A stretch of 63,973 nt of DNA, counting the filler, from Basidioascus undulatus (taxonomy: Eukaryota): NCBI GenBank assembly GCA_000826855.1. It is 4 parts of 4 records of this genome, joined end to end, with 100 filler letters (N's around TTAATTAATTAA, not from the genome) between each part and the next. Parts side by side here need not be neighbours in the genome. Positions count along the whole stretch, not along the records: positions 48,837 to 63,973 come from JTLS01000663.1; 3 more parts are not named here. One strand, given 5' to 3'. The notes beneath the pieces are model-generated. The model had not been told where the DNA came from. It did no database searches and saw only the letters and a program-made list of their open reading frames with translations. This document shows, piece by piece, positions 48,837-61,526 of the stretch (position 1 is the first letter of the stretch; each line of letters opens with the position of its first letter). The position numbers were made by a program, and so were the translations under genes.

Positions 48837-50275
48837 TCGTCGAGCTTGTCACTGGGTCGTTCGGTTCGGATGTGGCGGCTGTGCTCGCTGCGTGGGGGAA
48901 CGGCATCTTCGGCAGCGGCGGGGGCAGGCCGAAGGACAGCTTGGAGGTCGGGCCATCCCCCGAGTCCGCGCAGGACTTCCTCACGCCCTCGCCCTTGCTG
49001 AGCAACCGCCAGCGCATCTTCGCAACTAGCGATATAGATCTTGTGGACGAGAAGACGTTGGATGGGCGGCTGGAGGCGGAGGCGGCGGAGGAGGAGCGGG
49101 TGCAGGAAGAGTACGACTCGAAAGCGCTGTGAGTGTTGCGCAACTGACTTTTTTCATCAGCCGTTAACTCACACCCCGAGTCCTCCCAGGCTACTGCAAC
49201 GACTCCTCGGCTCCCTCGAGCACTTTGCCACCGCCTCCTCCACCGCGACCTCCTCCCTCCGCGCCGCCGCGATCCACTTCAGCCAGCTCGAGCACGAGAC
49301 GCGCTCCGCCGCGGCGTTCGAAGTGCGGTACCGGCCGTCCGACCCACGGGCAGGGGACGAGCTAGCCGCCCTCCGGCGCTCGCCGTCCGCGATCGAAGCC
49401 GACTGGGAGGCAGAGGACCTCCTCCCTCCCCTCGCGTCCGAGCTTCCCCCCTCGCGCAAGAGCTCCTTCCGCCGCTCTTCCTCCTCGCGCTTCGAGCCGC
49501 CCTCCCCGCAGCCAGCACAGCCGCCGCCGCAAGGGCGCCCCCGCGCGCCGCGGAGGAGGTCGTCGTTGGATGCGAGGGGCAAGAGGGTCTACCCGCCCGA
49601 GGCGCTCGCGGACACGGAGGACGCGCTCGAAAAGCAGATCGTCGCTGTTAAAACGCGCGCGGAGCGGGTCGCGGCGAGGCAGGAGCGCATGCAGAAGAGG
49701 CTGGAGGAGAAGCTGGCGCTGCCGCTTGAGCGCCAGGCGCAGGAGTTCGTTGAGGATCTCGGGATGGTGAGTGCCTTTCTGTCTTTCTTTGGTCCATCCC
49801 GCTTTGGCTAAACCGGGTTGGATTGCAGCTCGGCCGCGTCGAGGATCAGTACGACCGGCTCATGTCCGGCGCGGCGCAGAGCATGACCGCTATCATCTTC
49901 TGGCGCTTTGTCGGCCTCATCGAGGTACGCTTACCCGACATACCGTTGCCGTGAAGCTCACTCAACAATATCCATCTGGTTCAGGGCTCCCTCGTCGTTC
50001 TGTTCGTCTTCCTCGACATAGTCGCCACCTTCGCCAACATCATCCGCCGCGCGCTCTACGTCCCGCTCTTCCCGATCATCGTCCTCGTCCGGCTGCTCAT
50101 CTGGCTCTTCCGACCCCTGCTCGTCCCGCTCTGGACGCACGCCATAGTCCCCATAGCTGAGGCGGCCCTGCGCCCGCTCCTGCTTCTCCTCGGCCGCCTG
50201 CTCCGCACGATCTTCGTCGCTGGGCGGAATGGCGTACGCATCGCCCGCGGCTGGCTGTGGGGCGATCGCGATTGA
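48837..50275 (+). CDS. Hypothetical coiled-coil protein with C-terminal hydrophobic segments (5' end in the gap)
   Basis: High-GC3 exons with GT-AG introns; LEKQIVAVKTRAERVAARQERMQKRLEEKL and YVPLFPIIVLVRLLIWLF; TGA at 50273-50275. Confidence 0.65.
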
Positions 50276-50893
50276 GGCCGATCTTCTGTTTCGTTGCTTC
50301 TTCTTAACCTTTCTCGCTAACTGGTGTCTTCCTGGACTGCATGCTACTCATTCCGCGATTCCTTGTCATGCCATACCGCCGTTCTGCATTGCATCATACC
50401 CACATTTCTGTCGATCTGTTTACACGGAATGAATACTCGTCCGCTTGTCGAGAGATCGTCGGAACGCTATGCTATGATGAGGCGGCCGTGAGCATTCCCC
50501 GAAATCACGACAGCGGGCCGCTGTCAAGGCCCCGTCCGGATTCGCAGTCCTTCCTCGTTCCTCTCATTTCAAGCTGGCCGCCCTTCGCCCTCTCGACAGA
50601 AGCTCGACGTGGTCTGCGCGGGCAAGTCCTCGCTCATGCTTTCTCAGTCATTCAGTGTAGATCCTGCGCTCTAGGCTTTGTAGAAACATTCCGTAGACCC
50701 CGTTCTTACGCAGTGTAGACCCCCTTCTCAGTAATGATCGCCATCTCAGGTCTGTGCGGGCCCTCGGGGATCGCATCCCGCTGATTCTGGCTACTTTGGT
50801 TTTGGTCCAGGCTCGCCTACTCGACGGCTCCATCTGAACGCTCCACTTTGGCGGACTTGAGCGGCGCTTCTCCTGGTGCCAACATCTGTGTAT

Positions 50894-51066
50894 AAAAAGC
50901 CACGTCGATCACGACTGAGGGTGGGTGACAATCACCCACCGTGTCTGCTCTTTCTTCGGATGTGAAGACGCCACATACATGCGGCGCTCCTTTTAAACCA
51001 TAAGGCCATACACGCAGCGTCCTTTCAACGGAACGTGCGTGGCTTTGCGCCTGCAGTCGTGTCGGA
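50894..51066 (-). ncRNA. Candidate structured non-coding RNA of unknown class
   Basis: A closing stem CACGACTG/CAGTCGTG encloses several hairpins, followed by TTTTT on the minus strand. Confidence 0.35.
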
Positions 51067-51734
51067 CAAACATCACACTAAAAGGACAGCCTCGTACACA
51101 AGTATTTTTCATTCATTGCCTCCAACATGGCCTCGTATAGCGCCGCCGGTTCGCCTGCTTCCTTCGTTGACCCTTCAGTATGTATAGCTGCCCCACAGCC
51201 TTCTGCCCTTTCATTGTTTTGATAATGTCGCTCTGTAAACCAGCCGGACTGCTTCGCACCCCCCTCACGGAAGGTTGCAGCCACCGAGCTAATCATGCAA
51301 ATCGCTGATATCTCAGGGCTACGCTTGGGGTACGTACTCTCGGTCGCATTGCTATGGGCGAATACGAAGACGATCGTCCGACTCACCACCGTCTACCATT
51401 TTTCATCAGACAGCAGCCGTGAAGGCAGCTCGTTTCCAGGAAGAAGAGGAGGCGATGGAGCTCGAGAATAACGCGCTCATTCTCTAGCATACGCAGGTTG
51501 GGCATTGTGTGTGCTTATGCCGCTTACTCTTATCGCTTCTTCTTTCGACACGTTGTATTGCAGATGTAGTGATTGATAGAATGTGATTATCCGTCACCGC
51601 CAGAGCGTATGAGCTCAAGTGATGCAGCAGGGCGAGAGCAAGGGAGCGAAAGGCCTCGGCTGCCACTTTCACAACAGCGTGAATCGCGATAGTGCTCATG
51701 TCAATCATCGGTGCATCGGTCGACCGAGTCAGCG

Positions 51735-54700
51735 TTACATCAAACAACCCTTCTTCCCCAAGCTCAGCTTGATCTTCGGCGCGCCGCTCGCAGATGCAGC
51801 CGGGCTCGGAGCGCCAAACTCGGCCCCGCCTGTGTACGGCGGGCTGGTCGCGAGCGGACTTGGAGTAGGCGGGTTCCCGAAGGCTCGTGGCGCGGCGACA
51901 GGCGGCGGCGCGGCGTAGAAGTTGCCCGTGAGACCGCTGTCGAGGCCTGAGCCGAGGGGAGGCAGCGCGCTGCCCGACGCGGCGGGGGACGGAGCTGAGG
52001 ATCCGCCGGCGGGTGAAGCGGCGCCACCGCCGTTGAACTGCGCCCAGAGCGGACACTTGCGGTTGGTCTCTGCAAGGCCGGCATGGATTCAGCACCTAAT
52101 ATCAGAGCGACGCAGAAGACAGAAGTACTCATGTGCCCGAGCTGCCCGCAGTGGCCGCACTTGCGCTGCAGAAGAGAATGACATCAGCAACTCATCGACA
52201 GAAGACAGGCCCCGCGGCGCACATACAGTCGTATCGGGTTTGGCTGGGCGGTTCATCTTGATCGGCACGCCACCGCTCTGCGCCAGCTTGGCGTTCTTGC
52301 GCTGCAAGCGACGCTCCTGGTTGCGCTTGAGCTTCATGATCTCCTCCTCGAGACTACGAGCAAGTGAGTACCGTCAGTAGTTGTTCGCGATCGCGGAAGA
52401 GTAACCGACAAGAGGAATGTACAGCTTCTTGCGACGCTTGTCCTTGTCCGCATCGCCAGTGGGCAGAATCGCGTCCGCCGCCAGGCTCTGCTCCTCAATG
52501 ATTTGGCGCTTGCGAACGTAGGCGTTGATGACGGCCGGGTCGCGGACGATCTCAGTCTCCCACACGCCCTTGACCTGTACAACATGTCCGCGCGTGAGCA
52601 ACACGACTCAATTTCCTAACGCGGAGACCGGCACGCACCAGCCGCCTGATCTTCAGCACCTTCGACGAGCCTCCATACCTGTCGCCGCGGCTGCCGACGC
52701 TCATAGCGTCGTCGCGGTCCGGCGTCGAGTCGCGGCTCATGACGGACTCCGAGCGGCGGTACGACGCGGGCGTGCCGACCGAGCCGGCGTGCGGAAAGCG
52801 GCCGTGGCCGGCCTGGGCGCGCCTGGGCGGCTCCTCCTCCTCGTGGTCGCTGAGCTCGGGCGGGACAGGGTTCGAGAGCGAGTCGTACTGCGCCTTCCAG
52901 ATGCGGGCGATCTCGGCCTTGTACACCTTCTGCTGCTCCGCGACGTTGTAGCGATGCGCGTGCTTGGGACGAGCCTCGATCTCGGCTGCGAACAGTAGGT
53001 GTTAACACGTCGGTCGAGAGGCGCAAGTAGGCCGCTGAAGGACGTACCCTTGACCTTCTCGGGATCCTCACCAGCTCGCAAGAAGATGTCCTTCATCGAA
53101 ACGCGGATGAAGCTGAATGCCTCGCCGCGGCCCGATGGGTCGCCCTCGCCATGGAGCTTGAGCATTGCCTTGCTCTGCGTCGCGTTGACGAAGTTCTTGG
53201 TCGTGATCCACGGCGCGAGCTGCTGCTCGATCGAGAGCTTCGTCTCGTCTCCGCCGGTCGGGTCCGCGTCATCGCCGCCGTCGCCGGCCGAGTCGCCGTA
53301 GCCCGCGTCTAACAGGTGGCGCTGGCCCACCTGCATCGCCTCGCAGAGCGCGACGGACTCGGGCGTGACGAGCTTGAGGATCTCCTCCGAATCGGGGACC
53401 TTCGTCGTCGCCTTCAGGCGCCAGAAGCCCTGGTGCTCGCCCTTGCGGTGGTACTCCATGAACTCCTGTGCGCATCGTCGAATCTAATCAGTACCGATTT
53501 CGCATGCGTCCGCTGAGTGGCGGTGGCGCACCTTCAGGCGCTGACGCATCTGGAGCTCGTTCTGGTCCGGGAAGTATTTGATGAGGCGGTGGATCTTGAG
53601 CCGTTCGCCCTTGGTCTTCTTAAGCAGCTTGAACGCGATAGACTGCAGCCGGTACTTGAGTGTGTTGGTGATGACACGCGAGTGCGGACCGGGCACGGCA
53701 GTGACCGGGTACGTCTGGCCGACGGTGAAGAGGTTCTTGATCTCGCGGATGTAGTACTTGGTCTCGGTCTTGGTGGTCGACCTGCGAGGCGCAACCGTCA
53801 GTATACGAGCGGCTGAAAGGGAGTAGTTTCATCACTTACCGGATGACGAGGAAGTCGGTGGGATTCGGCTTGTGCCGGAACAGAGGCGCGCGGATGAGGT
53901 TGTTGTACAGCGTGGGTATGGTCTGGCCGGGCTGGACGAAGCCAAGTTTCATAAAGGGCGACTCGTCCGCGACGTCGAGCACGAACGGCTCCCCGATGTC
54001 CGCCTATGCGAAGGGTTGTCAGCTCTGCCCTCGCGCCCACAAAGAAGGGGTCGCAGCATACCTTCGGAACGTGGTCGTCGTTCGGGTCCTTCTTGCGATA
54101 GTAGTTGACGAGCACGCTGCCCATGCCGAAGTTGGAGATGATCGGCGGGTACTCCTCCTATTGCCCCATCATCGAACGGCTTCAGCATGGTTGCGCTTAG
54201 GGAACAAGCAGCAACGCAGCACGCACCGAAAACTCCCACAGCACGAACGGCCCTCCGTCCTTCAAGCTCAAGTCCTTCGTTGTGCGCACGCCTTCGACGC
54301 CGCCGTCGATGCGCGCCGCCCTGCGCTTCTCTTTGTCCTTCTTGCGCTTGCCCGAGCGGACCTTGGTGAAGCGGAGCTCGACGTTGCTCGGGAACGTGAG
54401 CGCCGCGCGGTGGAACGAGCGCGCTTCGTTCTTGCTGAGGCGGGTCTTGTACTGTGGGTCGAGGCGAACACCAATGAGAACGCAGGACAAACGCAAAGAC
54501 CTAGAGACAGGGTGGGAAGACTCACGAAGGGCAGCTGGAGCTTGAGCGCGGGGTACGCATGCTGGACGTCGATCTGGCCGAACGTCTGCCGGATGCGGTG
54601 GCGCGGGCCGGCGGCGGACATCTCGTAGTGGTGGTCGTTGGAGAGGTTGAACGGGTCCTTGTCCTTCTCTTTCTCCTTCTCTGTCGCGCGCGACCGCTTC

Positions 54701-56081
54701 GTCCCGCGAGCTGTACACCATGAGCGGATGAGCGGAAGCCCTCAAAAGCTAGAAAACAGGATTGGAACGCACGTTCTTCTTTCTCTATAGGGGGCTCGAT
54801 CTCCTCGAAGATGAGGGCGGGATCGTTCATGTCGAGCGTGAGACCCGTGAAGGTCTTGCGCGGCGGCGCGCGGTCGTCCCAGATGATAGAGCGCGTCCAT
54901 TCTCCGGACAGTAGAGACGGGTTCGGGGGCAGCTTGTTGATAGACGGAGCTTCAGCCGCCGATCTGAAGGGAGATGTCAGTTCTGCTGTGGTAAGAAATG
55001 ATACGCAGCACGCGGGTGCGTACATTGACGGGCGCGCAGAATGATCATCCCAGATGATCGCGTCCTCCCAGTCCGCGAGCCCGACCATGCTGAAATCCTC
55101 GTTGCTCCCGTCCACCCGCTATAACCCCTCGCAGCATGTCAACCACCGATATCCGGAATGAAACGCGCTGCAACGCACCCTTCCCCGATGCAACGCCGGA
55201 ACCCATTCCTCCTCGCTCTCCTCGTCCGAGCCCTCGGCCATCCCCGGCGGCTGCCAAACCGCGTCGACCATGCGCTGCAGGTGGCTGCGCTTCGGGCGGT
55301 TGACGGCGACGGAGCGAGAGAACGTATCGGTGGTAGATGGAGCAGGGACATATGAGGGAGGAAGTTGCACTGGACAACCGTGCCGTGCTCAGCTACCAGC
55401 CCACCGAAGCCGGAAAGATGGACGTACGTTGCTTGAAAGGCGCTGTGTGCCTCAACCGCTGCCGCTTCGCGCCCTTCGGCGCAAAGAGCTCAGTAAAGTC
55501 GAGCACCGCGCCCGGCTCGAACGCGGGGAAGAGCGCCTTGACGTCCTTCTTAGGTGGCGGACTCGGCTGGGGCTCGGGCGCGGGGCTGGCCTCGGGCGAA
55601 CCAAAGATGCCCCTCATGTCGTCGTCCTCCATCTCCTCCTGCTTCACCGCCGGTGTCCGCACCTCCTGCATCGGCTCCTCCTCCTGCTCATCATCAAAGT
55701 CGTCGTCCTCCCCTCGCAGCTTGGCGCGAGTGGCAGGCGCTCCGCTCACGTAGCGTTCGCGGCGGAGATCGCGATCGACCTCCGCCTCCCAGTCGTCGCC
55801 CTCGTCCGCGCCGATGGCGGCGTCATCATCGCCTTCGTCCGCGAACTTGGCAACGTTGATCTGCTCGCGCGAGATGGCGGAGGACGCGGGCCCGCCGAGG
55901 CCGAGCGCAGCGAGGTTGGCCGGATCGAAGTCGGCGCCCAGGTCGCCGAGGACATCGGTGAGCGCGAAGCCGCCGAGTGAGGCGATGACAGAGGACTCGT
56001 CCTGCAATTTCACCGCACCCCCTTGTCAACACTCCATAAGCACAGAGACTGCCATGACAGCGTGCGCACGTCGCGACTCAT
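51735..56081 (-). CDS. TAF1: TFIID subunit 1 (fungal type, no bromodomain)
   Basis: DPFNLSNDHHY, EFSEEYPPIISNFGMGSVLVNYYRK, TLYNNLIRAPLFRHK, QNELQMRQRLKEFMEY, QQLAPWITTKNF, GEGDPSGRGEAFSF and zinc knuckle RKCGHCGQLGHMKTNRKCP. Confidence 0.95.
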
Positions 56082-56685
56082 GCTGATGGAACGGACGCGC
56101 GGCCGTTGCGAGCTCCGGCTGAGGCTGACGAACGAGGAGGGGGTGAGCTGAACGAGTACAAACGCCGTAATATGCGATACTAATCGCTTCAAAGTGGTTT
56201 AAGAATGACGGTGCGGGAGAAGGATGGTGCAGGATACGAAAGTGGCGACGGTGAGCGGTGAAGGTGCGGTAACAGTGCGCTCCAGGGGGACGCGAGCGAG
56301 CGGGCTCATAGCCAGCTTATTTAAGCGATCCTAAACTCATTTTTAGTTTATTCACCTCACTGGCGGTTTAAGACGAGTACATCTGCGCTTCGTCTTCTTT
56401 ATTTCAACACTATGCTTTGATAAAGTCAAATGGAAACCTACAAAACACTTATATGCACGAGACCTCTAGACATGCGGGTCGGGCTGCCATTCAATCCAGT
56501 CGACCTAAGACTGTTGCTAGTTCAGCAATGCTGTCGTTCTGAATCGCAGCGCATGTTCCGTTGACTCAGGGGGAGGCAGGATCTGAGCTTGGAAGTGCAT
56601 ATTGCACCTAAAGAAGTCTACACACCCATTTCCCCCCTATGCTACTGACAGGCGCCTGGTATGAAACACGTTCTTTCGCACCCCC

Positions 56686-57500
56686 CTAGAACGGCATCAG
56701 CCCCGTATGGCTGCACCCCTCCGGCCCCGCATCAATCCAGTCGACCTCCCACCTCCCCCACGCCAGCACCGTCTTCGCCTGCACGTCTCCCTCCCAGAAG
56801 GGCTCCGACACGCCAGGCCGGAAGGGTCCGGCCTGGAAGGCGAGCGGGACGACGCCATCGGAGCGCTTCCAGGGTTCGAGCCACGGCGGTCGAGCGAGTT
56901 TAGGTGCGAGGTGTAGAAGTGCGGGCCGGGGTGGAGGGTGGAGAAATTGAAGTGCGAGAGAAGACGGCGAGTTGGGTACAAGGGGTTGAGGGGTGAGAAA
57001 AGCAGTCGTTGGTGGACAATATTAATGAGGAAATCATTCAGTGGTCAGCAATTCAGCTATTCAACCATGAGCCCGAATACGCAGACGAGACTCACCAGCT
57101 CCGCGACGTACGTCCTCCACCTGCTGCTGCCTTGTGCTCCATCGCCTTCGCACACATATGCCCATTCTTCACCCGCCCTCTCCTCCCCACTCCAGACACT
57201 AGCGTCCCACGGCGCGCAATCGCGCACCCTCCACCCAAGCGCTCTTCCACGCCTTCCGCACAGCGTCCTTCGCAGCGTCCTTCCACCCGCGCCCATGAAC
57301 TTGCTCAGCCGCCACGCCTCGCTCTGCGTGTCGGGAAGGAGGCTGAGGAAAGGGTGCGAGTGCGGCGGCGGCGGGAGGAGGAAAGAGAGCATGAACGAAG
57401 AGGGTAAGGATATGCCCGGCGAGAGCGGATGCGAGGGTGCGTGCGTTCGAGATTGGCCGAGGACCTGCACGAGAGGCGTGCCGAGGAAGGGAGAGGACAC
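56686..57500 (-). CDS. Hypothetical protein or relic
   Basis: Coding-like frame PKLARPPWLEPWKRSDGVVPLAFQAGPFRPGVSEPFWEGDVQAKTVLAWGRWEVDW, with upstream GC-rich segments. No family was recognised. Confidence 0.3.
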
Positions 57501-59082
57501 TTTGAGGAAAGGAATATGTCAAGATAACAATATTGTCAAGAGCTGAGTTGTGGAAGGGAAGACCTACCCGCTATGCAACAACGCATGGATCCTCGCTCGT
57601 ACTCTGCCTTCGCAGCAGGTCCTAAGAACCCAGTACGCAAGAGCTGCTGCAGCTTCCATACTGTCATGCCGCCCTACTGAACCAATTTGTCAGCTAACCG
57701 ACCGCAGTACGAAGGTCATCAAGGACGCGAAGACGGACGACCGAGTGACCGAGAAAGTGGAGCGGGCGCTTCGCCGACCACTGCGGGTAGAGCGGATGCG
57801 CGATGGTCCACCCGTATCGGTCTTGTCCCGCCGAAGCAGCGTGCTCAGCGCCGTAGCGACCTGGCCGCTGAGAAGCTGGTAGTACAGCTCCACGGCGCGG
57901 TCGTGCAAGCTCGTGACATGCCTCCCCCCTGCGTCACGGCAACGAAGCAAGGCGGATTCTGTCGAAAGAGAGCACTTTCCTTTAGCATTATAAGAGAAGG
58001 TATAAAGTATGACGCACTCTGCGAAAAGCACCCGCCGTTTCTTTTCGGATGGGCCGAGCCCGCGTTGAGCTCGTCCTGAAAACGCCCCGAAAGGCGGGAG
58101 GTGTTGGCCGAGAGGAAGCCCGCGACGATAACTAGAGGTGAAGGGTTGTCCTCGTGTTCGGCCTGATGAGGGTGAAAGCTCGAAGGCCAGATTCGAAACC
58201 GAAGAGAAGAGTGAGAAGCGAGTAGAAGAGAGCAGGAAGGAGGACGGAGGGGTGCAGGAGCGTCATAAGCGTGAGCTCGATCGATTCGTTATTTGTATAG
58301 GTGGGTATGTGAAGGAGAGGAAGAAGGTCGACTTGCATCCCAAGGTATAGAATGCTCCAGACAGAGCAGTGGTGGACGAGCTGTTGATGGAAGAAGGCAA
58401 GGTGCATCAGGCACCGACTCCAGCTCGTCAAGGCGGCCTGACAGGCACCAGAAAACGTCATCGCCGTGCTGCCTATTCTCAAACATTTCTTTTTCGCAAG
58501 AACCAGCTAATAGGTATTTTGCAACTCTGCACTTCATAAATTACTCTATTGAACCAAGAGGAGTGTCACAGTCAACGAATCAGTCGGAACGTCTTCGCCT
58601 ATTTTGCGTTGGGCCATCATCGGTTTCTTCCATGTAAGTAACGACAACAGCTGCTCATGTCTTGGGGCAACTTTGCTTCTCCCGAGAGCCGTTACAGGCC
58701 ACTGTTGTCTGTAGGTGCCGATGTAACAAGGTAACAACCTGGTGGAATGGTTGTTTTTGTACTCAGCCTGTCATACGTTCTGCAGTCCATGGCACACCCA
58801 TCACACTCAGCACCATGTTTGGTATGTCAGGGCAACGCATCGACATGGACGGCATTGCACACAAGAGCACGGTAGGGAGGGATGCACTACTAAAAATACA
58901 ACGTTCGGTGGGCGTGCGGGACATGGGCGTCGGAGACAAGTAGCGTAGAGTGGCACAGTCGTAATAACGGATTTGGGCGTGTATAAGTGTATATTGTAGG
59001 GTATTGGAAATCCGAAACTAAGGGTAAGGAGGAGGCTTCCGAGCAAGGCAACCTGAGAAACGAAACGAAAGGGAACCAGCAA

Positions 59083-61526
59083 TCAAGCTGCGAGGGCAGC
59101 GTCCGCATGAAGCGAGACGGCCGTCTCGTGCTTGCGCCTCCGCATCTCGGCGGCGCGCTTGATGCCGAACGAATCGGTAAAGACCTCGTGGACTTCCTCG
59201 AGCGAAAGGCCACCGAGGTCGGGGAAGCTGGAGAGGGATGGCGCAGAAAATGAGCCGGTGTAAGAAGAAAGGGAAGGGAGAATGGGTAGCGCACCAGAAA
59301 AGCACGAAGATCCACCCGAGCAGACATAGGCCCGCGTAGAAGCCGAACGCGCCAGCGGGGGTGATCTTGCGCATGAGGGAAAGGTAGGTGAGAGAGATAA
59401 GAAGCTGCATGGATCGGTCCGGGAGTTAGTGGACCTGCACGTCTGCACACGAGCGGCCATGAGAGCCTTACGTTGCCGCCCCAGTTGCAGCCGGTCGCTA
59501 AACTCGTGCCAATGCCACGGACATCGAGAGCCTGTGTTCGAGCGTACGAGTCAGTCAGTACGGTCAGCTGCTCGACCAACCAAAGACGCCGAGGAAGACG
59601 CACGAAAAGCTCGCCCTGCTGCCACGGGACTAAGATAGAAATCGATGTCAGAATTGAATTAAACACCTTCAGTTGCAAAAAGCACGTACTGTTTCCAAGA
59701 CCAACAGCGTATGACAGAACGTAGAGGACGATGGCGAGAAGGACGAGGCTGGACCACACCTTCGGGTAGTCCGAGTTCTCGAGCAGGTCGCCGCCCGTCT
59801 TGCGCGTCAAGAAGTGGAAGCAGATGGCGGCGAAGGTAAGAGAGAAGACGAGCCCGGGCGCAGAGAAGAGCATCACACGGCGACGACCGATAATGTCAAT
59901 GTACTCTGTAGGCCGTACCGCCGAGGTCAGCAATGCGCAAGGAGATCCGCCTATTGAATGAGGGGTACGGACTGAAAGCGAACAGAGTACCAACAAAGTT
60001 GGTCCCGGCGACAATAAGACCGACCGCGGTGGGCTGATCGAAGCCGATAGTGGCGAAAAGCGTGGCTGATGGGCAGCGGGGAGGTCAATGGGACCCCGAG
60101 CGGCGTAATTGTGGGAGAAGAATTTGTTGCTCACCAGAGTAGTACATAAGGGTGTTGAAGCCACAGAGCTGCTGGAAGGCCTGGAGACCGCAAGCGACAA
60201 TGGTGGCGCGACGCTTGACTGTATTGCGAGCCGCCCATCAGTGTCTGCGACCTTGGCTAGGAACCCGACCGCGCTGCTCACCAGGGTTGGTGAACATGCT
60301 GAAGAAGCGCTGGGCGAACGTCGTGCCCTTGACGACCTCGACGCTCTCCTTGACGCTCGCCTGAAGCAGGTCGACCTTGAGCTTGATCTCGTCGGCGGAC
60401 GCGTACGGGTACACCTTGGCGAGGACTTTGCGCGCATCCTCGACACGCTCCTTGCGGAGGTAGTACCGCGGCGTGTCCGGCATGAAGTGCATTGCAATGA
60501 GCTGAATGCCCGACGGCACAGCGCAGATGCCGACCATCCAGCGCCAGCCGTTGTTGACGTGCGCAAAGCCCGCGCCGATGCCGTCTGTGAAGGTGCGGGG
60601 AAGGAGAAGGGTGAGGATTGAGGAACAGATCGCGAGGGGGAGGTAGGGGCTGTGAACTGACAGGCAACAACTTGGCCAAGCGTGATGAAAATCACGTTGA
60701 CGGTGACGAGACGGCCGCGAAGACCTGTTGTACCAAGCGCCAGTGGGAGGTGAGTTGGCGAAGGATGAGTGAAGGCGTGGAAGACGCACGCGTCGGCGAG
60801 AGCTCCCCAAGATACAACGGGGCGATACAGGCCGCCCAGCCCACACCAAAACCCAGAATGAACCGCCCTGCCACCATGGTCGCCACCTGCAAACGCCAGA
60901 AGGAGCTCAGCGAGGCTCCCCTTTGAGGGATCAGCAGCACGTCGACAACTCACATTGTGCGCACAGGCCTGGACGATGGCGCCAACAGTAAAGAAGACAT
61001 CGGCGGCCGCGAGAACCGTTTTGCGGCCGATCATATCAGCGACGATACCAGCGCACAGGGCCGAGATCAGCGCGCCTGGGCAGAGCGGAAAGGAAGGTAG
61101 GTTCAGCTCGATATCACTCAACAAAACAACGGTCCTCATGCGCACCAAGTGTTGTTGCAGAAGTGATGAGCTCGCGCTCCCGATCCCCCAGAATACTTCC
61201 CAACGCATCGCCAATCTCCACCAGCGTTCCTGAAATGATGCCCGTATCGATACCGAAAAGGAATCCTGATACAGCAGCCGCGGTCTGCGAGGGTGGGACA
61301 TCTCGTTCAGCTACACGCCCGCGTGCAGGAAGGCAACATGGGAAGGAAGACGCACGACGAGGAAGACGACGAACGCGGTAACGCGCTCCTCCCCTTCAAG
61401 AGCGATGGCGGCGTCGTCCGCCTTGGCTATCGGACGGCGGGGCTTGGTGGAAGCGTGCTCATACTCTTCTGCGAACCCCTCCTTGCCCTTGTCGGACGAA
61501 GGAGTCGAGAGGGACAGAGTGGACAT
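59083..61526 (-). CDS. ITR1: Myo-inositol transporter (MFS sugar porter)
   Basis: [74 protein letters not shown] and [21 protein letters not shown]. Confidence 0.92.

Noticed and set aside
50683..51012. Possible snR30/U17 (ACATTCCGTA and AAACCAT motifs)
   Set aside because: The m1 match is imperfect, about 300 nt from m2, and not directly preceded by the required stem.
51735..52200. TAF1 without bromodomains; AP-2 beta (44895-45250) without an ear domain
   Set aside because: Both are the normal fungal architectures.
58145..58200. Hammerhead-like CTGATGAG...GAAA...GAAAC
   Set aside because: Stems I and III cannot be paired around the nearby GTC, and the short stem II is followed by GAAG rather than GAAA.
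58890..61301. 803-aa uninterrupted ORF
   Set aside because: It drifts in and out of the inositol-transporter frame by reading through introns. It is a chance stop-free frame in GC-rich DNA.
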